A stretch of 6,407 nt of DNA. It comes from a virus. A model generated the notes under the pieces. That model made no database searches. It worked only from the letters and a program-made list of their open reading frames with translations, and had not been told where the DNA came from. The stretch lies in the IMG/VR virus record IMGVR_UViG_3300023487_000050, positions 1 through 6,407 of that record. One strand, written 5' to 3'. The position numbers were made by a program, and so were the translations under genes. Of this stretch, positions 1 to 3,793 are shown one piece after another (positions within the stretch are counted from its first letter, which is position 1; each line of letters opens with the position of its first letter).

Positions 1-55
1 GAAATACAAAACCGGATTATAAATCCGTAACATGTGAATTTGATGTACAAAAAGA
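1..55. repeat. Terminal redundancy: 55-nt exact copy of 6353..6407, marking the closure point of a circular genome
   Basis: Base-by-base comparison shows 1..55 (gaaatacaaaaccgg...gtacaaaaaga) is identical to 6353..6407. An ORF runs in frame across the junction. Microviruses have circular ssDNA with no true terminal repeats, so this is most simply an assembly overlap (k-mer sized). Confidence 0.9.
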
Positions 56-317
56 TTTCGAAAGAACGAAACCTAACTTAGGTTTAACACCTCAACAGGT
101 AGCTGAAATGGCAAAACGTGGTATTCCCGTTTCTCCTATGAATGTAAATTTTATTGACGTTAACGGTGATGCCTCTTGGAATATTGAGCCTCAATTCCGT
201 CGTGATATGGATATGGCAACCGCTTGGGAAATGGAAAAAGCTTCCCAGCGCAAAGCTCTCCAAATTCTTCGTCAGAAGAAATTTGGTGACAAATATATTA
301 ACCCTCAAAATAATTGA
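1..317 (+). CDS. 3' part of a junction-spanning 107-aa ORF (start ATG 6346; 6346..6352 joined to 1..317; stop TGA 315-317). Hypothetical small virion or assembly protein, possibly a VP3-like internal scaffolding protein
   Basis: The frame with codons starting at 3, 6, 9... is open from position 3 to the TGA at 315-317 and contains the track ORF 108..317. With the 55-nt overlap collapsed, the ATG at 6346 is in the same frame. Deduced protein: MARNTKPDYKSVTCEFDVQKDFERTKPNLGLTPQQVAEMAKRGIPV...KYINPQNN. It sits 2 nt upstream of the VP2 start. The scaffolding assignment rests only on size, position and a loose resemblance of the LTPQQ...GIP segment to gokushovirus VP3 N-termini. Confidence 0.7.
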   Translation, partial: NTKPDYKSVTCEFDVQKDFERTKPNLGLTPQQVAEMAKRGIPVSPMNVNFIDVNGDASWNIEPQFRRDMDMATAWEMEKASQRKALQILRQKKFGDKYINPQNN

Positions 318-319
318 TT

Positions 320-1471
320 ATGGCAAATGTTGGAAAAGGCGCTGCTTCTGGTGCTGCTCTCGGCTCTGCTATTTCTCCCGGTTTAGGTACAATAATTGGC
401 GGTATCGGAGGTGCTGCCGTTTCTGCTATCGGTAGTTTCTTTGGAAATAAAAGTAACCGTAAACAGTCAGCCGAGGCATTCGAGCGTGAAAGTAAATTTG
501 CTCGTGAAGAACGTCTTGCACAACAGCAATGGATTGAACAGATGTATGAGAAAAACAACTCGTATAATTCACCTGCTGCCCAAATGCAACGTTTGAAAGA
601 TGCCGGATTGAATCCGGATTTGATGTACTCTCGAGGTGACGTAGGAAATGCAACCGCTCCTGAAGCTCCTGCACAAGCTCCTACACCTCGGTTTAATGTG
701 ATACCTACGAATACTTACGGACAGACTGCGCAAATTGCTGCTGATGCCGGATTGAAAGCTGCTCAAGCTCGCCTTGCTGAATCTGAAAGTAAGAAAACAG
801 ATACGGAAGAAAGTTTGCTTACAGCTGATTATCTGTTACGTAAAGCTCGTACTGAAAGTGATATTGAACTTAACAATTCGACTATTTATGTAAACCATGA
901 ACTCGGACAATTAAATCATGCTGAAGCTGAAGTTGCTGCAAAGAAACTTGAGGAAATTGATGTTGCCATGTCTGAAGCCCGTGAACGTATTAATACAATG
1001 AAAGCTCAACAATCACAGATTGATGAGAATATAGTTCAAATGAAGTTTGACAGATATTTGCGTTCTAAAGAATTCGAGCTTCTTTGTAAGAAAACATATC
1101 AGGAAATGAAGGAGAGTAATTCTCGTATAGCTCTTAACGCTGCTGAAATACAGGATATGATGGCTACCCAAATGGCTCGTGTGATGAATCTGAATGCCTC
1201 TACTTATATGATGAAAAAGCAAGGATTACTTGCTAGTGAACAGACTATGACGGAATTATATAAGCAAACTGGTATTGACATTTCGAATCATCATGCTAAG
1301 TTTAATTTTGACCAGGCTAAAGACTGGGATACAACCGAACGTCTCACCAATGTTGCTACAACTTGGATTAATAGTCTGTCATTTGCTGTCGGTCAATTTG
1401 CTGGTGCTACAACTTCTCTACAAAAAGGAGGTTTCCTTGGTAAATCCATGTCTCCTATCGGTTTTCGTTAA
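320..1471 (+). CDS. VP2: Minor capsid / DNA pilot protein (VP2, functional analogue of phiX174 H), 383 aa from ATG 320
   Basis: The long ORF (track 314..1471) begins at a TTG. The ATG at 320 lies 2 nt after the upstream stop and is the likelier start. The N-terminus is Gly/Ala-rich and hydrophobic (GAASGAALGSAISPGLGTIIGGIGGAAVSAIGSFFG, glycine-zipper-like). It is followed by NSPAAQMQRLKDAGLNPDLMY, which I recognise as the conserved microvirus VP2 motif. A long charged segment that looks coiled-coil follows (aa ~150-330), consistent with a pilot-tube protein. Confidence 0.85.
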   Translation: MANVGKGAASGAALGSAISPGLGTIIGGIGGAAVSAIGSFFGNKSNRKQSAEAFERESKFAREERLAQQQWIEQMYEKNNSYNSPAAQMQRLKDAGLNPDLMYSRGDVGNATAPEAPAQAPTPRFNVIPTNTYGQTAQIAADAGLKAAQARLAESESKKTDTEESLLTADYLLRKARTESDIELNNSTIYVNHELGQLNHAEAEVAAKKLEEIDVAMSEARERINTMKAQQSQIDENIVQMKFDRYLRSKEFELLCKKTYQEMKESNSRIALNAAEIQDMMATQMARVMNLNASTYMMKKQGLLASEQTMTELYKQTGIDISNHHAKFNFDQAKDWDTTERLTNVATTWINSLSFAVGQFAGATTSLQKGGFLGKSMSPIGFR

Positions 1472-1476
1472 TGATT

Positions 1477-1499
1477 AGCCGGGTGTTACCCGGCTTTTT
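1477..1499 (+). terminator. Rho-independent terminator downstream of VP2
   Basis: AGCCGGGT (1477-1484) pairs perfectly with ACCCGGCT (1488-1495) around a 3-nt loop GTT and is followed by a T run (1495-1499). It starts 6 nt after the VP2 stop codon. Confidence 0.8.
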
Positions 1500-1519
1500 A
1501 CGATTTATTCAAAAATCGT
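1500..1519 (+). other. Second hairpin directly abutting the terminator
   Basis: ACGATTT (1500-1506) pairs with AAATCGT (1513-1519), giving a 7-bp stem with the 6-nt loop ATTCAA. Its 5' arm is one copy of the 9-mer TTACGATTT, which recurs at 1590-1598. Confidence 0.5.
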
Positions 1520-1589
1520 ACCGCTATAACTCGATAAGTATGTAGTAACTGACACACCCTCTAATCTCTGATTATTTCCACCGGAAAAG

Positions 1590-1599
1590 TTACGATTTG
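1590..1599 (+). promoter_or_regulatory. Possible degenerate Bacteroidetes-type -7 box upstream of the Rep gene
   Basis: TACGATTTG (1591-1599) resembles TAnnTTTG but has one extra spacer base. It lies 38 nt upstream of the Rep ATG. This is weak evidence. Confidence 0.25.
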
Positions 1600-1636
1600 C
1601 CTAAAGTACGGCTCCCGTCCGTTAAAACTGTTTATT

Positions 1637-2992
1637 ATGAATAATATCTATTGTGAAAACCCGAAAGTAATTTGGCATCCACATGCCTCCAAGCTAATAC
1701 AAAAGTACCGCACATTTACAATGCCATCTGGTGTATATCATGGTTCCGTACTCCATGTTAACAAAAATCATGTCAATAAAAACAATATTGATAAATATAC
1801 GATTGTCAACCCTGCTACAGGCGAAACATTTCCAATGTTTTTAATTGTCCCTTGTAACAAATGTGTTTTATGCAATGAAAAGAAAGCTCAACAATGGTCG
1901 TTTCGTGCCCTCTGTGAATCATATACCTCTAATAAACAAGCCTATTTTATAACTCTTACTTACAACAATGAACACTTGCCGAAAAACGGAGTATTTCCGG
2001 AAGAAATTCAACTCTTCTTTAAACGTCTTCGTACCAAACTGGACAGACGTGGCATTTCTCATAATCTTCGCTATATTGCAGTTTCTGAGTATGGACATTG
2101 GTCAAAACGTCCTCATTATCATATTATATTATGGAATTTCCCTGATAACTTCGAATCCGCGTACTCGAGGCTTACGCTTATTGAAAGCTGCTGGCGTCGT
2201 CCTACTGGCTGTTACAATCCTGACGGATCACCTGTTACTAGGTCTATTGGTTTTGCTTATTGTGTTCCTGTCATTAATGGTGGTATCAATTATGTCATGA
2301 AATATCTAGGTAAGAGAGAAAAGTCTCCTGAAGGAATGAATCCTACGTTCATGCTCGCGTCCCGTAAAAGTGGCGGTATTGGTTCCGCCTATGCTGAACA
2401 ACTTCGTGCATTTTATGAACAGCAGCCTGATACATGTGATATGTCTGTTATTAATATATATACTGGTCAATCTCTTACTACTATGCTTCCTCGTTATTAC
2501 CGTATGAAGTTTATGCCTTCTACGTCAATATGTTATGACCATAATTTTATTAAATACTTCAAGGATACAGTGCGTTGGTTTGAAATTGCCCGTTATCTTC
2601 ATAAGCAATATAAACTTCCGTTTAAGTTCACTTATCCCGAAGAGTATCTTCGATTGGTTCGTATGACTGGCAAAACTCCGTATTATAATCCTTACAAAAC
2701 TGTCGTGAATGATACATTTATAAAGTATTATCTTCCTCAATTTTTGTCCCAGGCCGTTTATGAGGATTTATACTGGAAATCATTTAGTTATGCGCTCGAC
2801 TGTCTTTCTACCGCTCTTGTGTTTTTTGATTCCTCCCAAGTCCTGAAACATGAAAAATCACTACAAATGAATGTTCTTCAACAGGCTGCTATTAATGCCC
2901 GTATGTCTATGCGTGAAGAACTTAACCTTAAAAAAGCTTCTTATGATGTTCGTGAAAAGATGAATAAACATTATAGAAAAGAGAAGATTTAA
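1637..2992 (+). CDS. VP4: Replication initiation protein (VP4 / phiX174 gpA-like HUH rolling-circle endonuclease), 451 aa
   Basis: Three RCR motifs are read directly from the translation. Motif I is FITLTY (aa 104-109, nt 1946-1963). Motif II (HUH) is PHYHIILW (aa 159-166, HYHIILW = nt 2114-2134). Motif III is the two-tyrosine YVMKYLGK (aa 219-226; YVMKY = nt 2291-2305), almost identical to phiX174 gpA YVAKYVNK. An N-terminal CNKCVLCNEKKAQQWSFR cysteine cluster is typical of microvirus VP4. Confidence 0.93.
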   Translation: MNNIYCENPKVIWHPHASKLIQKYRTFTMPSGVYHGSVLHVNKNHVNKNNIDKYTIVNPATGETFPMFLIVPCNKCVLCNEKKAQQWSFRALCESYTSNKQAYFITLTYNNEHLPKNGVFPEEIQLFFKRLRTKLDRRGISHNLRYIAVSEYGHWSKRPHYHIILWNFPDNFESAYSRLTLIESCWRRPTGCYNPDGSPVTRSIGFAYCVPVINGGINYVMKYLGKREKSPEGMNPTFMLASRKSGGIGSAYAEQLRAFYEQQPDTCDMSVINIYTGQSLTTMLPRYYRMKFMPSTSICYDHNFIKYFKDTVRWFEIARYLHKQYKLPFKFTYPEEYLRLVRMTGKTPYYNPYKTVVNDTFIKYYLPQFLSQAVYEDLYWKSFSYALDCLSTALVFFDSSQVLKHEKSLQMNVLQQAAINARMSMREELNLKKASYDVREKMNKHYRKEKI

Positions 2993-3037
2993 ACTAGATT
3001 TAACTACTGATTAACACTTTATTAACAATAGATTCCT

Positions 3038-3045
3038 TATCTTTG
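3038..3045 (+). promoter_or_regulatory. Bacteroidetes-type -7 promoter box (TAnnTTTG) for the small-ORF plus VP1 transcription unit
   Basis: TATCTTTG at 3038-3045 lies 40 nt upstream of the ATG at 3085, in an intergenic region. The same octamer recurs in the other large intergenic region (6159-6166). Only a partial -33 element is present (TTTA at 3018-3021). The box sits in the loop of a 7-bp inverted repeat, ATTCCTT 3032-3038 / AAGGAAT 3058-3064. Confidence 0.5.
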
Positions 3046-3084
3046 TAGTGTGAGAAAAAGGAATACTAATTTAATTTATGTGTT

Positions 3085-3258
3085 ATGAAAAAGTATATTA
3101 TTTTTTACCGTTTGGCTTTTGGTTATGATAATGTTCGTGTTGATGCTGAATCTTTATCGGATGCTATCTCTATTGCTGATGCTTTTAGTTTTAAATCTGG
3201 CGCTACTATTGTCGGCGTATGTCCTGAGTTTTTATTAAATGGTTGGTATCATGAATAA
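3085..3258 (+). CDS. Hypothetical small protein, 57 aa (below the ORF-track length cutoff)
   Basis: Manual translation from ATG 3085 to TAA 3256-3258 gives MKKYIIFYRLAFGYDNVRVDAESLSDAISIADAFSFKSGATIVGVCPEFLLNGWYHE. It fills an otherwise empty gap, is on the same strand as all other genes, and overlaps the next start by 8 nt (ATGAATAA). It is the first ORF after the promoter-like box. Confidence 0.55.
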   Translation: MKKYIIFYRLAFGYDNVRVDAESLSDAISIADAFSFKSGATIVGVCPEFLLNGWYHE

Positions 3259-3430
3259 GTACACATTTATTTTTGAAATTTCATGGCGTGACCCTGAATC
3301 CGGTCAATTGAAACCGCATGAATATCGTAAGATGACTCAAATGTCTATTGATAATGCTCGCGCTTACGCTCGTCGTTTGTCTAATACTCAAAATGTTTTA
3401 TCTGTTCGTTTTTATAAGGAGATGTATTAA
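3251..3430 (+). CDS. Hypothetical small protein, 59 aa
   Basis: This is track ORF 3239..3430. The internal ATG at 3251 (MNKYTFIFEISW...) is preferred because it gives the compact ATGAATAA overlap with the upstream stop and an N-terminus that parallels the preceding ORF (MKKYIIFY vs MNKYTFIF). Stop is TAA at 3428-3430. Confidence 0.55.
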   Translation: MNKYTFIFEISWRDPESGQLKPHEYRKMTQMSIDNARAYARRLSNTQNVLSVRFYKEMY

Positions 3431-3431
3431 T

Positions 3432-3596
3432 ATGTATAAAGGTGTTTTAAAATTCATTAAGAGAGAGACTCTCCATGAAGAATTTATAGTAAATATTGGT
3501 ATTTTTAACCGTCCTTCAACTGCCGAACGTTTTCGCAAGCAATTGCAGGATGCTAATATAGGTTACGATGTTTTACTAATTCTTGAGAAATTATGA
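3432..3596 (+). CDS. Hypothetical small protein, 54 aa
   Basis: Track ORF 3348..3596 starts at a TTG that overlaps the upstream gene by 83 nt. The ATG at 3432 lies 1 nt after the upstream stop and is preceded by the only clear SD-like AAGGAG in the genome (3416-3421). Protein: MYKGVLKFIKRETLHEEFIVNIGIFNRPSTAERFRKQLQDANIGYDVLLILEKL. Its TGA stop overlaps the next start (ATGA at 3593-3596). Confidence 0.55.
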   Translation: MYKGVLKFIKRETLHEEFIVNIGIFNRPSTAERFRKQLQDANIGYDVLLILEKL

Positions 3597-3790
3597 AAAT
3601 TACTCCTAGTCAGTGGATTAAGCTCGTGCAGCTGATTTCCACATTTATTATTGGTGTGATTACTGCCCTTACAGTACAATCTTGTACTGCGTCTATGTCT
3701 GTTTTTTGGAAAAATTCCAACTCAAAACAGGATTCTAAGCAAACTACTCAACAGCGAGTAGATTCTATAACTATTAAACCTCAATTTTAA
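3593..3790 (+). CDS. Small membrane or lipoprotein-like protein, 65 aa; candidate lysis or membrane-targeting factor
   Basis: It has an ATGA start/stop overlap with the upstream ORF, and its stop lies 3 nt before the VP1 ATG. Protein: MKITPSQWIKLVQLISTFIIGVITALTVQSCTASMSVFWKNSNSKQDSKQTTQQRVDSITIKPQF. There is one ~19-residue hydrophobic helix (aa ~11-29, nt ~3623-3679) ending in a partial lipobox (TVQS-C31), then a polar Ser/Gln/Lys tail. Confidence 0.6.
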   Translation: MKITPSQWIKLVQLISTFIIGVITALTVQSCTASMSVFWKNSNSKQDSKQTTQQRVDSITIKPQF

Positions 3791-3793
3791 AAA

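Noticed and set aside
1-55. The 55-nt terminal direct repeat as a genuine biological DTR/LTR, or as the ends of a mobile element.
   Set aside because: Microviruses package circular ssDNA. The repeat lies inside a coding sequence that reads through the junction in frame. An exact overlap of this short fixed length is what de Bruijn assemblers leave on circular contigs.
314-3350. The track start codons TTG 314 (VP2), TTG 3348 and ATG 3239 for the listed ORFs.
   Set aside because: Downstream ATGs at 320, 3432 and 3251 remove long overlaps with upstream genes and give the compact stop/start spacing seen elsewhere in this genome. The upstream extensions add implausible residues, for example a hydrophobic read-through of the neighbouring gene for 3348.
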